Of a stretch of 64,000 nt of DNA, positions 46,260 through 57,400 are shown piece by piece. Position numbers and translations under genes: made by a program. The first letter of the stretch is position 1. Each line of letters begins with the position of its first letter. The notes under the pieces are model-generated. The model did not search any database and was not told where the DNA came from. It saw only the letters and a list, made by a program, of their open reading frames with translations. The stretch spans positions 192,001-256,000 of IMG/VR virus record IMGVR_UViG_3300015050_001523. The stretch is one strand, 5' to 3'. This DNA is from a virus (lineage: Duplodnaviria > Caudoviricetes).

Positions 46260-47510
46260 ATGAAAAAGAAAGTAATATTGCGTGCTCCACTTCTAACCCA
46301 GTCAGGATATGGAGTTCATTCACGTCAAATTTTTAGGTGGCTTGAATCAAATATAGAAAAATTTGAAACATTTGTAAATGTTGTTCCATGGGGAAATACA
46401 ACTTGGTTTATCGATCCAGATCGATTAAATGGGCTTATTGGAAGAATAATGAACAAAAGTGGTAATTACCCATCAAGTTTTGATATTTCAATTCAAGTAC
46501 AGTTGCCAAATGAATGGGATTCTAATTTGGCAAGATTCAATGTTGGAGTAACAGCAGCAGTTGAAACTGATAAGGCAAATCCTGCATGGGCTTATAATGT
46601 AAAGTCTATGGACTTAGTAATTGTTCCTTCTGAACATGCAAAGTTATCTCTAACAAATTCAGGATGTTCAGAGGCAAAAATTAAAGTTGTTCCTGAAGCC
46701 TTTATTGATGAAATTCTAAATGAAGAAAAAAATGATCTAAATTTAGAATTTGAGACAAATTTTAATTTTCTTATATTTGGCCAATTTACTGGCAATAATG
46801 AAGAAAATGATAGAAAGAATACATATAATACTCTAAAATGGATTTGTGAATCATTTAAGAATGATAAAGATGTTGGAATTGTAATTAAAACAAATTTTTC
46901 TAGAAATTGCCAATTTGATAGAAATATAACAAAAGATATTCTTAAAAATACATTAAGCAAATTTAGAGACGAGAGAAAGTTGCCTCCAGTTTATTTTATC
47001 CATGGAGAGATGAGTGACAAGGAAATCGCTTCCCTATATGTCCATCCAAAAATAAAAGCACTTGTGTCACTTACAAGGGGAGAAGGATTTGGACTTCCAA
47101 CTCTGGAAGCTGCGGCATCAGGACTTCCTGTAATCGCTACAAATTGGTCTGGCCATCTTGATTTTATGAATAAGGGAAAATTTTTAGGAGTTGATTATTC
47201 ATTAAAAGAAATTTCAAGTTCAAGAGTAGACAAAAGAATATGTCCTTCATGCAATGGTTCTGGAAAAAATGGACATATTCAAATATGCAGCATTTGCGGA
47301 GGAACAGGGCACACTCAGATATTTATGGAAGGTTCAAAATGGGCGGAACCAAAAGAGATTTCTGCTAAAAAAATTCTAAAAAAATTCAGAGAGATGCCAA
47401 ATGCCCCTAAAGAATGGGCAGTTGAGCTTTCGACTATTATTAGAAAAGAATATTCACAAGATGCTATCGAAAAGCATTATGATCGAGTATTCTCTGATAT
47501 AGTCGTATGA
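46260..47510 (+). CDS. Glycosyltransferase GT4-like with an inserted CxxCxGxG zinc finger
   Basis: SGYGVHSR, GEGFGLPTLEAAASGLPVIAT, CPSCNGSG..CSICGGTG. Confidence 0.9.
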   Translation: MKKKVILRAPLLTQSGYGVHSRQIFRWLESNIEKFETFVNVVPWGNTTWFIDPDRLNGLIGRIMNKSGNYPSSFDISIQVQLPNEWDSNLARFNVGVTAAVETDKANPAWAYNVKSMDLVIVPSEHAKLSLTNSGCSEAKIKVVPEAFIDEILNEEKNDLNLEFETNFNFLIFGQFTGNNEENDRKNTYNTLKWICESFKNDKDVGIVIKTNFSRNCQFDRNITKDILKNTLSKFRDERKLPPVYFIHGEMSDKEIASLYVHPKIKALVSLTRGEGFGLPTLEAAASGLPVIATNWSGHLDFMNKGKFLGVDYSLKEISSSRVDKRICPSCNGSGKNGHIQICSICGGTGHTQIFMEGSKWAEPKEISAKKILKKFREMPNAPKEWAVELSTIIRKEYSQDAIEKHYDRVFSDIVV

Positions 47511-47821
47511 TAATTGCACTTATAATTTTAGTAATTTTATTAATTGCGGCGCTTACTGTTTCAGTAAGCGCCAATTTGCGTTTTGGAAATATGTTAATGA
47601 ATATTGAGGATAATACACAGGCATGTGTAGACATAATTGATAAAAGATATTATAATTTAATGCATGTTTTTGATGATTCTCCTGGAGTTATTAATGATGA
47701 CCCATTGGTTAGATCGTTTGTAAATGAGGTCAATGAGGCAAGAAATGATATGTTGAGAATAGCGAATATTATATCTAATTCAACTGAGCAATTGAATGAT
47801 AATAATGACAGAGAGGAATAA
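47507..47821 (+). CDS. Membrane-anchored hypothetical protein
   Basis: N-terminal TM IIALIILVILLIAALTVSV. Confidence 0.7.
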   Translation: MIIALIILVILLIAALTVSVSANLRFGNMLMNIEDNTQACVDIIDKRYYNLMHVFDDSPGVINDDPLVRSFVNEVNEARNDMLRIANIISNSTEQLNDNNDREE

Positions 47822-47878
47822 GCTCTGGATATAAAAATTACATATGCATAGCTCAAATGCTAAAGAGTTTAAAAATAA

Positions 47879-48796
47879 TTGGAAAAATCAAGTTCAAATT
47901 TTGGTAAAAAGAAAGTAGTAAAGAGAAGAAAAAAGGGTACAGCTTCAAATAAACCTTATTTTCATCAAGGAACACAAGATGCAATTGTTGCATTTCAGGC
48001 AGAAATTGCAAAATTAAAACCTATTGATGAAAAAAAACTTAAAATTAAGGAGCTTGAATCTGAAATAAAAAAAACAAAAAATAATGATTTGGTATTAAAA
48101 CTTTCAGGAGAAATAAAAACTTTAAAAGATTGGATTTTAGAAAATAAAACCAAGCCTGAATTTATAGAACCATTTAGGGCCAAATCTAAGCTGTATAAAG
48201 AAGAAATAGAGCCTGCATTTGACAAGCTTGTAGAAAATCTAATTTTTATACATAATTTTTTAAGTCTTCATGATTCTTATGAGGATTTGAAATCTGATTG
48301 TGTTACTTTTTTATATCAGGCAATTCCGAAATTCAAAACAGAAAAAGGATATAAGGCTTTTTCTTATTTTAATATTATTGCAAAACATTTTTTAATTATT
48401 AGAGGAAAGCAACGCGCCAATAAAATTAAGAAAAATGTTTGTTTTGATGACCCAGATTCAATGGGGGTGGCAGAATATGAAGCATTTGTTGAATATTGTA
48501 CGGTTCCATCACCAGATGTTGAAATGATTTCTAAAGAGCTAAATGGCGAAATTGGAGGGCTTTTAGAAGAAATAAGAAAAAGATTGAAAAATGATAGTGA
48601 AAACAAGACCATAGATTCTATTATTTACATATTTAAACATATTAATGAAATAGATTTATTAAATAAAAGAGCTGTATTTTTTTATATTAGAGAAATGACA
48701 GGATTATCTGCAAAACAACTAACTACAAATATGGCCGTAATTAAAAGACATTATAAAGACTTAAGGGGAGATATTGAATTTGGACTATTCTTCTAA
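47879..48796 (+). CDS. T4 gp55-like late-transcription sigma factor
   Basis: KPYF..TQDAI..; AFDKLVENLI; DCVTFLYQAIPKF..KG.KAFSYFNIIAK, as in gp55-type sigma region 2. Confidence 0.72.
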   Translation: MEKSSSNFGKKKVVKRRKKGTASNKPYFHQGTQDAIVAFQAEIAKLKPIDEKKLKIKELESEIKKTKNNDLVLKLSGEIKTLKDWILENKTKPEFIEPFRAKSKLYKEEIEPAFDKLVENLIFIHNFLSLHDSYEDLKSDCVTFLYQAIPKFKTEKGYKAFSYFNIIAKHFLIIRGKQRANKIKKNVCFDDPDSMGVAEYEAFVEYCTVPSPDVEMISKELNGEIGGLLEEIRKRLKNDSENKTIDSIIYIFKHINEIDLLNKRAVFFYIREMTGLSAKQLTTNMAVIKRHYKDLRGDIEFGLFF

Positions 48797-49166
48797 AAAA
48801 ACAGATAAAAAAAAAGAACTTCTTCAAGAATTTGATGAATTATTAGATTCTATAAATTCTGCTGGCTCCAAAGAAAAAATCCTTTGGAGACAAATTTATG
48901 AAAATGCAATAACAGATCGTTCAAATGCAAATTTATGCTTTTTAGATATTTATCCTCACTTACAAGGCGATATGGAAAACCATATGACTCATGGAATGCA
49001 AACTGTTCAATATCTAACAAGAATGGAAAAATCAAATGAGCAACTAATTAAGCTTGCAACTCTTATTCAAAAAGCTTTAGAAGGTCAAGTAAATGAAGAC
49101 TCTATAGATGCAAATGCAATTTTTGATCAAATTCAAAAATTGCAAAAAGAAGAAAATGGTGAATAA
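48774..49166 (+). CDS. Helical hypothetical protein coupled to the late sigma
   Basis: 130 aa, overlapping the sigma stop. Confidence 0.65.
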   Translation: MNLDYSSKKTDKKKELLQEFDELLDSINSAGSKEKILWRQIYENAITDRSNANLCFLDIYPHLQGDMENHMTHGMQTVQYLTRMEKSNEQLIKLATLIQKALEGQVNEDSIDANAIFDQIQKLQKEENGE

Positions 49167-49168
49167 AA

Positions 49169-50569
49169 ATGTCAAGTGAAGTTACAGGATATAACGCTAA
49201 CCGTAGAATATTTGAACAGGGCACTGAAATTGGCGAAGAAATTGAGTCAATTAGAGGGACAATGCCACTTCCAATATTCCAAGTTGCAGTTGTTGTTGAT
49301 GTTTTTTGTGATCCTTCAAGTTTGACAATAGATGATATTTCAAAGCTTCAAAAAGAAACATCAAGTCCTGAACTTTGCAAAAGAATGCCAAGAAACAGTA
49401 TTACAGGAAGAATAATAACAAGAAATCAAGATCTTTTTGATAGTTCTCCAAAAATATTTTTCCCTGTTGATATTTTTGATGCCGAACCTGTAAAGCCTGG
49501 AGAACAGGTTTTTGTGTTTTATATTGATCAAAATGTAAATAGTCAAATTGGGTATTGGTGGAAAAGAGTTCCGCAAACAATTGACGCAGATGACATTAAT
49601 TTTACTCATGCAGATAGAAAATTTGAAATAAATGAAGGCGCTACTGCTACAGACAAATTAGCCGGAAAGCAACCTGCTGTTTTAGATTTTAAAAATGGAG
49701 GAGGTATTGAGTCTGAACAAAGAACTCTTGCAGGAGCAAATGCATATGACAAAATTAATAAAAATGCTAAAGCAAATGCTCAAATTATAAAAGAGCCAAC
49801 TGCTCGTTTTGTAAAGAGACCTGGAGATAAAGTAATCTTAGGAAGTAATGCAACTAGAATTGTTCTTGGAATGGATCGGGCATCTACTTCAACCGCCCCA
49901 GCTTCAGATTCCCCTAGAAAAGAGTCAGCAACAATTGACATGGTTGTTGGATATGGAAGAAAAGACAAAAGAAACGCTCCTAAAATAATTGAAAATAGTA
50001 GAGGATATGAAGAAGTTGATAAAGATTTGAAGACTCCTTCTAATCGAGCAGAGGGAGATCCTGATATGATTGAAGACCCATCAAGGTTTTATCTTTCAGA
50101 GAGCACAGATCCTGATGCAAATTTTCAAATTGAAATAGATGGAATTTCTCCATCTATGGAATATGCACCTTCTGCAATTATAAAAACAGATAGGCTTAGA
50201 CTTATTGCAAATGAAAATATTAGAATAGTTGGAAAGTCTGGTAAAGGTGCGATATCAATTGAAGATAATGGAAATTTTGTATTAGTATCTCCAAATGTAA
50301 AAATTGGCTCAGCATCTTCAAAAGAGCCTGTTGTTCTTGGTGATTCTTTAGTTTCTGCATTGAATAATTATGTAAAATCAACAACTGATGCATTAAATAC
50401 ATTAAATCTTGCAGCTGCAACTTATTTTGCTGTTCCATTGCCGACTCCTCCGCAACAGGCAACTTTTATATTGGCATGGTCTACTTATTATGGATTAGTT
50501 CTTGCTGCACAAACAACTTTACAAGCAGAATTAAATAAATCTCTATCAACAAAGGTTTTTTCTGAATAA
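49169..50569 (+). CDS. Baseplate hub/central spike (gp5/gp138-like)
   Basis: OB-like N-terminus, PGDKVILGSNATRI, beta-repeat, EPVVLGDSL; precedes gp25. Confidence 0.7.
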   Translation: MSSEVTGYNANRRIFEQGTEIGEEIESIRGTMPLPIFQVAVVVDVFCDPSSLTIDDISKLQKETSSPELCKRMPRNSITGRIITRNQDLFDSSPKIFFPVDIFDAEPVKPGEQVFVFYIDQNVNSQIGYWWKRVPQTIDADDINFTHADRKFEINEGATATDKLAGKQPAVLDFKNGGGIESEQRTLAGANAYDKINKNAKANAQIIKEPTARFVKRPGDKVILGSNATRIVLGMDRASTSTAPASDSPRKESATIDMVVGYGRKDKRNAPKIIENSRGYEEVDKDLKTPSNRAEGDPDMIEDPSRFYLSESTDPDANFQIEIDGISPSMEYAPSAIIKTDRLRLIANENIRIVGKSGKGAISIEDNGNFVLVSPNVKIGSASSKEPVVLGDSLVSALNNYVKSTTDALNTLNLAAATYFAVPLPTPPQQATFILAWSTYYGLVLAAQTTLQAELNKSLSTKVFSE

Positions 50570-51045
50570 TGACTGATATTAAAGAATTTGATTTTAAGAG
50601 TGTCGGAATAAAACCTGATTCACCACAACAGCCAAATGCATTTGAGTCTTTGCCTATTGGTATTAGAACGCCAATGAGACTAGGGCAAGGATCAGATGGT
50701 ATTTTTCAAATGCATTTTAATATTTCCGATCAAATAAAAGATAATTTTAGAAATCTTTTATTGACAAATCATGGAGAAAGAGTAGCTATTTATAATTTTG
50801 GAGCGAATCTAAGACAACTAACTCTTGAATTAGGTTCAGAAGAATTTGATAATGAGCTTTTATTAAGAATAAACACAGCAGTATCTAAGTTTATGCCATT
50901 TATAAATTTAGATCGACTTGAAAGGAAAATTGACAATTTAGATAATGAAGCAGTTGCTAAGATTAAAATTAAGATATTTTATAATGTTCCATCATTAGGA
51001 ATATCAAATCAAGCGATTGAACTTTCATTTTATATAGGGGGATAA
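50569..51045 (+). CDS. Baseplate wedge gp25-like
   Basis: QIKDNFRNLLLTNHGERV..FGANLR..AVSKFMPFI. Confidence 0.88.
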   Translation: MTDIKEFDFKSVGIKPDSPQQPNAFESLPIGIRTPMRLGQGSDGIFQMHFNISDQIKDNFRNLLLTNHGERVAIYNFGANLRQLTLELGSEEFDNELLLRINTAVSKFMPFINLDRLERKIDNLDNEAVAKIKIKIFYNVPSLGISNQAIELSFYIGG

Positions 51046-51046
51046 A

Positions 51047-52891
51047 GTGCCTATTGATACAAAAAAACAAATCAAACCAATCAGACAAAGAACATTCTTA
51101 AATAAAGATTTTGATTCTATGCGATCTGACTTGATTACATATACGAAAGCATTTTATCCAGATAGAATACAAGATTTCTCTGAAGCCTCTCTTGGTGGGG
51201 TATTTGTTGATTTGGCGGCACAAGTAGGAGATACAATGAGCTTTTACTTGGACCACCAATTTGGAGAGCTTTTTGTTGAGACGGCCATAGAAACAAAAAA
51301 TATTGAAAATCTTATCAGAAGGGCTGGAGTTGAAATCACAGGAAATAGTCCGGCTGTTGTAAGTTTACTATTCGCAGTAGAGGTGCCCGCAATTAAAGTT
51401 GGAACTTCATATGAACCTGATCCAAAGTCTCTTCCAAAAATATTACAAGGAACTATAGCAGCAGCTTCAAATGGTACAAGATTTGAAACTTTAGAAGATA
51501 TTGACTTTGCAGATCGAGATACTGACAATAATTTTATTGCTCAAATCGTAATAGGAAGCACTAGTGTAGATGGTTCTCCTTCTACATTGGTACTTGGAAG
51601 AACAGTAGACGCGATTTCAGGATTTTCAAAAACTGAATCATTTACCATTTCAAATACTTTTTCTCCTTTTAGAAAATTAACTCTTTCAAATGGTAATGTT
51701 ACATCAATTGGAAATATTGTTGATTCAGAAGGTAACCAATATTATAAAGTTGGTGCGTTAACGCAAGACACTGTCTTTAGAGGAATCCCAAATTTAAGAA
51801 CAGATAATGATTTGGTTGAATTGCTTTTAGAGATACTTCCTGCCCCTTATCGATTTGTAGCAGAGACAGATCTTGGAACAAGGCTAACAACACTTACATT
51901 TGGAGGAGGGAAGGCATCAAGTTTAGACAATGACATAATCCCAGATCCAAGTGAGTTTGCAATTCCATTATTTGGCAAAAGAAATTTTGATAGATTTTCC
52001 ATTGATCCAAACAATTTATTAAATACAAAAACTTTGGGAGTTGCTCCACAAGGAACTACTTTATCGATAAATTACAGATATGGTGGAGGATTGTCTCATA
52101 ATGTTTCAGCTGAAACAATTAGAACAATTTCGACATTGCTCATGGTATTTCCACGAAATCCAACACCGGCATTAGCTGCACAAATTAGAGCTACAACAGA
52201 TGTAACAAACCCAGCAGCTGCGTCAGGCGGGGAGAATGCTCCAACAATAAATGAGCTAAAAGCAAAAGTTCCTTCAGCCAGAAATGCCCAACAGAGAATA
52301 GTTTCAAAAGAAGATTTATTATCACGTGTTTATACAATGCCAAGTAGTTTTGGAAGAGTGTTTAGGGCTGGAGTGAGAAATAACCCCGCTAATCCACAAG
52401 CAGCACAACTTTTTATATTGTCAAGAGATGCAAAAAAGAATCTGGTTCAATCACCAGATAGTCTAAAAGATAATTTAGTAACTTTCTTAAATGAATTTAG
52501 AATGATAAGTGATGCAATTGATATTCTAGATGCACAAATTGTAAATATTTCTTTAGAATTTGAGATTGTAACAGATCCTCAAATGAATAAGAATATTATT
52601 GTGCAAAATATAATTTCTAATTTAAAGCAATTTTTTAAGACTGATAATTTTCAAATTGATCAGCCAATTAGAATTTCTGATGTTCAAAATAAAATATATA
52701 ACAATAATGGAGTTATTTCTGTAACTCAATTAAGGTTTAAAAATCTATCAGGAACAGTTGATGGAAGGACTTATAGCAATAATACATTTAATGTTACAAC
52801 AAATACAGTGAGAGGACTTTTGTTTCCTCCTCCTGGTGGAATGTTTGAAATAAAAAATCCAGATTTTGATATAATTGGTTCTGGTATTTAG
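51047..52891 (+). CDS. Baseplate wedge gp6/J-like
   Basis: NKDFDSMRSDL..DFSEASLG; YRYGGG; AASGGENAPT; QRIVSKED. Confidence 0.88.
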   Translation: MPIDTKKQIKPIRQRTFLNKDFDSMRSDLITYTKAFYPDRIQDFSEASLGGVFVDLAAQVGDTMSFYLDHQFGELFVETAIETKNIENLIRRAGVEITGNSPAVVSLLFAVEVPAIKVGTSYEPDPKSLPKILQGTIAAASNGTRFETLEDIDFADRDTDNNFIAQIVIGSTSVDGSPSTLVLGRTVDAISGFSKTESFTISNTFSPFRKLTLSNGNVTSIGNIVDSEGNQYYKVGALTQDTVFRGIPNLRTDNDLVELLLEILPAPYRFVAETDLGTRLTTLTFGGGKASSLDNDIIPDPSEFAIPLFGKRNFDRFSIDPNNLLNTKTLGVAPQGTTLSINYRYGGGLSHNVSAETIRTISTLLMVFPRNPTPALAAQIRATTDVTNPAAASGGENAPTINELKAKVPSARNAQQRIVSKEDLLSRVYTMPSSFGRVFRAGVRNNPANPQAAQLFILSRDAKKNLVQSPDSLKDNLVTFLNEFRMISDAIDILDAQIVNISLEFEIVTDPQMNKNIIVQNIISNLKQFFKTDNFQIDQPIRISDVQNKIYNNNGVISVTQLRFKNLSGTVDGRTYSNNTFNVTTNTVRGLLFPPPGGMFEIKNPDFDIIGSGI

Positions 52892-52938
52892 TATTTTTTC
52901 GTCAAAAGAGAGTATTGCCTTATAGGTATAAATAGATT

Positions 52939-54453
52939 ATGTTTAGAAGATTAAAAGCAGATAAAGATACTATGATTACCAATAAGATTATTAATGGTAC
53001 TCGTGTTACTGATGCAAATGTTGGACAGGCAGGCACATTAGATCTTTTTAAATTGGCAGATGAGTCAAGCTTAAATGGGGTTTCTGGCTCTATTCTTGAG
53101 GTTTCTCGCCTTCTTCTTCATTTTGATTTGGATCCGCTAAGAGAATTGACTGGCTCTATTTTAGACTTTACAGATTCATCATTTAAGGCACGCCTAATTA
53201 TGAATGATGTATTTGGTGGTCAAACTCTTCCATCTAACTTTACATTAATTTCTTATCCTTTGGCAAAGTCATTCAATGAAGGAAATGGATATGACATTGG
53301 GCAATTTAGAGATATTGATTCGTCAAATTTTATTACAGCTTCAACAAATGTTACTTGGAGCATTGAAGGAGCCAATAGCTCAGGTACATTAGGAGATTCT
53401 AACATTGATATTTTTGAATATGGAAATATTGGAAATGGAATTCAAAGTTTGTTTTCAACTCAAGTTTTTTCAGATGGATCTGAAAATTTAAATTTGGATG
53501 TAACAAATGTAATTTCTGCAACATTAGCTGGGGCTATTCCTGATTATGGATTTAGAATATCTTATAGCGGAACACAAGAAACAGATGGAATTACTAGATT
53601 TGTAAAAAGATTTACTTCTAGACATGCAAATGACCCAGCATTTAGACCAAGAATTGAGGTATTTTTTAATGATTCAGTTCAAGATGATCATGGAAATTTC
53701 TTCTTTGATTTAAGTGGAACATTATTTTTGAATAATTTCCATTATGGTCAACCTGCAAACATAATTTATAATGGACAAGAAATAACAGGAGTAAATTCAT
53801 TGATACTTCAAGTTACTTCTGGCTCAGGTTCTACTTATTTTAATAAGTTTGTAACAGCTTCACAATTTTCGATTGGTGAAAACTTTCAAACAGGAATGTA
53901 TTTTGCCCAATTTGCAATTGGAACAAACGAAACAGCTTCAATAAGAAGAGAAATAGATCTTGCAAGTTCTGCAACATTTAAAGAAATATGGCAAAATATA
54001 GATGGAACTCAAGGATTTTTTACTGGCTCTTTACAAATTAAAAAAGTAACTAGAACAGCATTTGATACTGTTCCAACAAAATTAAATGTTGTAATTAGAA
54101 ATAATATTGGAAAGTATCAATCAACTGAAAAAGTAAGATTTCATATTTTTGCACAAAACCCATTAGAAACAGTTAGATATTATAAATTGCCACTACAAAG
54201 AAAAAGCTTATTATTAAAAAATATGTTTTATCAGATTAGAGATTCTAATAGTGGAAAAATTCATATACCATTTGAATCACAAAGCAATGCTACAAAGTGC
54301 AGTGTTTTTGATGATGGAATGTATTTTGATCTATATATGAGCGATTTAGAAGTTGGAAAAACATATGGAATTGAATTAAGATTTACAGATTTTGGTTCGA
54401 CTGTTGTTCTTGGAATTGACGAAGTTGGCGCAGTCTTTACGGTTATACAATAA
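52939..54453 (+). CDS. Baseplate/tail structural protein
   Basis: Context; S/G/T-rich beta character; KRFTSRH motif. Confidence 0.6.
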   Translation: MFRRLKADKDTMITNKIINGTRVTDANVGQAGTLDLFKLADESSLNGVSGSILEVSRLLLHFDLDPLRELTGSILDFTDSSFKARLIMNDVFGGQTLPSNFTLISYPLAKSFNEGNGYDIGQFRDIDSSNFITASTNVTWSIEGANSSGTLGDSNIDIFEYGNIGNGIQSLFSTQVFSDGSENLNLDVTNVISATLAGAIPDYGFRISYSGTQETDGITRFVKRFTSRHANDPAFRPRIEVFFNDSVQDDHGNFFFDLSGTLFLNNFHYGQPANIIYNGQEITGVNSLILQVTSGSGSTYFNKFVTASQFSIGENFQTGMYFAQFAIGTNETASIRREIDLASSATFKEIWQNIDGTQGFFTGSLQIKKVTRTAFDTVPTKLNVVIRNNIGKYQSTEKVRFHIFAQNPLETVRYYKLPLQRKSLLLKNMFYQIRDSNSGKIHIPFESQSNATKCSVFDDGMYFDLYMSDLEVGKTYGIELRFTDFGSTVVLGIDEVGAVFTVIQ

Positions 54454-57400
54454 TGACACAATTTAATTCACTTAAATTTAATAATCCTGGATTGTTTCGT
54501 CCATCAGTAATTCGTGGAATTTTGGATTCTCCTGCGCCAACAGGAATGATTAATTTTAATGATGTTGCTGACAGAAACATAGGTACAAGTTCATCATTTA
54601 GGTATGATGCTCCTGGTTCTGGAATTCGTTCAACTCAACAAATAATAGTTGATTATTCTAAATTTGAAAATCATACATTTTTCCAAAGTGCAAAAACAAA
54701 TGTAAATTTATCATTTTATAAAGTAATTAATGAATTTCCATTTGATGGAACAAGAAAAGAAATTGAACAATTTTTGGATAGCTTGACTGGATTTGAAAAA
54801 TATGTTTATGACAATTTTCCAAAAAATAAAGGATACTTGTTTTTTTCTGGTTCGGGGGATAGTTCTGGAACGCATGTTGAAGTTGTTGACTTTGCAGGAA
54901 GTATATTTCCAACAATTGCCAAAAACAAAACAGGAAATAGTGTACTTAATCCAAATTTAGACTCATTTTCTTGGGAGTTCCAGCTGTATGTCCCTTCTGA
55001 AGCGAATGACGTTCAAGTTATATGCCAGAAGCACTCTGGCTCGAATCAGGGAGTGTCTCTCTTCTTGTCTGAGTCAGCAAGCACTAGCGAGTCACAAATC
55101 CTATTTACGGCAGTTTCTTCATCTGTTTATTTACAAGCATCCGCCCCTATTGAAAAAGGAAAATTCAACCATATTGTAGCAACCTTCAATAGAAGGCCAG
55201 GAATAAATCGACTTGATTTGTTTGTTGACGAAACATTAAAATCTACTTCTAGTAATTTTAGTGAGTTTGGAGAAATAGATTTTAATGTTTCTCCATTTTA
55301 TATTGGATCAGGTTCGGCTGTTTCTTTGGCAGGAAGTCTCGTAACTCCAATAACTACATTTTCTGGAGCTATGGACGAATTCCGTTTCTTTCATAATATT
55401 CGAACAATTGAAGATCAAAAGAAATTTGCAAAAAAGGGAATATATCAAACAGAAGATCTTGTTCTTTATTTTAAATTCAATGAACCTTCAGGTTCTTTCG
55501 CTGCCGCTGGAGATACTCAAACAGAGAGGATTGTATTAGATTATTCTGGTAATTCTTTACATGGATTAATTAATGAAACAGGATTTTCAACAAATCTCAG
55601 AATTACTTCTTCTATAGAAAATCCAATGACATATGAAAATATGTCATTATGTCCAATATTATTTCCAAACTATCAAGAAATAATTGATTTAAATGATGAC
55701 TTATTAACATCTGCATCTTTTTATGATGTTTCAAATCCAAATTTGATAACAAAGTTAATCCCTTCTCACTATTTTCTTGAAGGCCAAGCAGAAGAAGCAC
55801 TTATTAGAGAAGATGGAACAATTGTAGACCCCATAACAGGCGAAACAATTCCTGGAACTGCAAATGTAGGTCAGGCACAAATAATTCAAACTATGCTTTA
55901 TATTTGGGCCAAATTTTTCGATGAACAAAAAATTGTTCTTGATAATTTTGGGAAGGTATTAAATGTTACTTATGATGGAGAAAATGCGGCTCCTGATCAA
56001 GTATTGCCAAAAATTGCAGAATTTTTTGGTGTTACATTACCAAATCTTTTTAATGGTTCTTCAGTTGAACAATTTATTAATGCAGAAAATTTATCTTTTG
56101 ACTATTCTACTGGAGAGATTTCTTTAAAAGATATTCAAAATCAAATATGGAGAAGAATTCTTGTAAATTTAAAAGATATTATTCAAAGTAAAGGAACTCT
56201 TCATAGTGTAAAGTCATTTATTCGGGCATTGGGAATTGATCCTGATTCTAATTTTAGAATCAGAGAGTATGGTGGCCCAACTAGAAAAAATCTTTCAAAT
56301 CAAAGAGAAATTAGATCTGAAGTATCAACAATGATTGATATGAGCGGAACAAATTCTTTGATTTCGTCTCAAATATTAAGTGGAAGTAGAACCGAAATAG
56401 GATTTCCAAATATTGATGGAACATTTGTAAACAAAAATTCTTATTCTCCTCATGGAATTTCTAATGACATTTCTGATGGATATTTGACATCTGGTTCTTT
56501 TACTTATGAGGCAATCTATAAATATCCAAAAAATAGAAAAGTAGATGGAATTCAAAGTCTTGCAAGAATTCATATTCAAACAGGATCGATTCAAATGTTT
56601 GATAATGGAGAATCCGCTGTTTCATTAAATATGGTAGCAGTTTCAGGTTCTGAACCACAAGTTAAGTTATATGCTCGTCCTGGAATGAACAGTTCAATAA
56701 CTGATTCTCCATTCTTAACAATGAGCATTAATGCAGATATTTTTGATGGAAATCATTGGAATGTTTCTTTCGGAAGATTTAGAGCAGATGATCCTTCTGA
56801 TTATTTGATCGAAAGTGAAAATTTGGTAAAATCATATAATTCTTCTTCATATTTTCTTAGAGCAGCCAGAGCCGCTAGGGGAAATATTGTAGAACAATTT
56901 ATAACTCAATCATTTTTTCAAGAAGCCAATAATAAAGATGACGATTCATTTTGTAATAATTCTTCTACATTAAATGCTTCTGGTTCTTTTATAATGATTG
57001 GCTCTCAAAGTTTAAATACAGGAACTGGTTCATTATTTGGTTATTTAAATTCAACAGATACTATAACAGATACAGATTCACGAGAAACAAACTTTAATGG
57101 ACTTATTTCTCAAATTAGATTTTGGAGTAAAGGACTTTTAGAAGATGAATGGAGAGAGCATGTTAGAAACTTCAAAAGTCTTGGAGTTACAGTTCCAAGT
57201 TCTAATTTTAACTTTGAAACAATTGCAACAGGTTCTTGGAATAGGCTAAGAATTGATGCATCTACAGATCAGATGACAACTAGCTCAAATGGGTCTGGAG
57301 AAATTAGCATATTTGATTTTTCACAGAATTCATATCATTTAAGTGGTTCTGGGTTCGAATTAGATTCTTTAATAATTAAGCCAGAAACATTCTTTTCAAG

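Noticed and set aside
52927-52934. TATAAATA as a T4-type late promoter before the 52939 gene
   Set aside because: An all-A/T octamer is expected many times by chance here; other copies fall inside genes or on the wrong strand, and it is absent before most structural genes.
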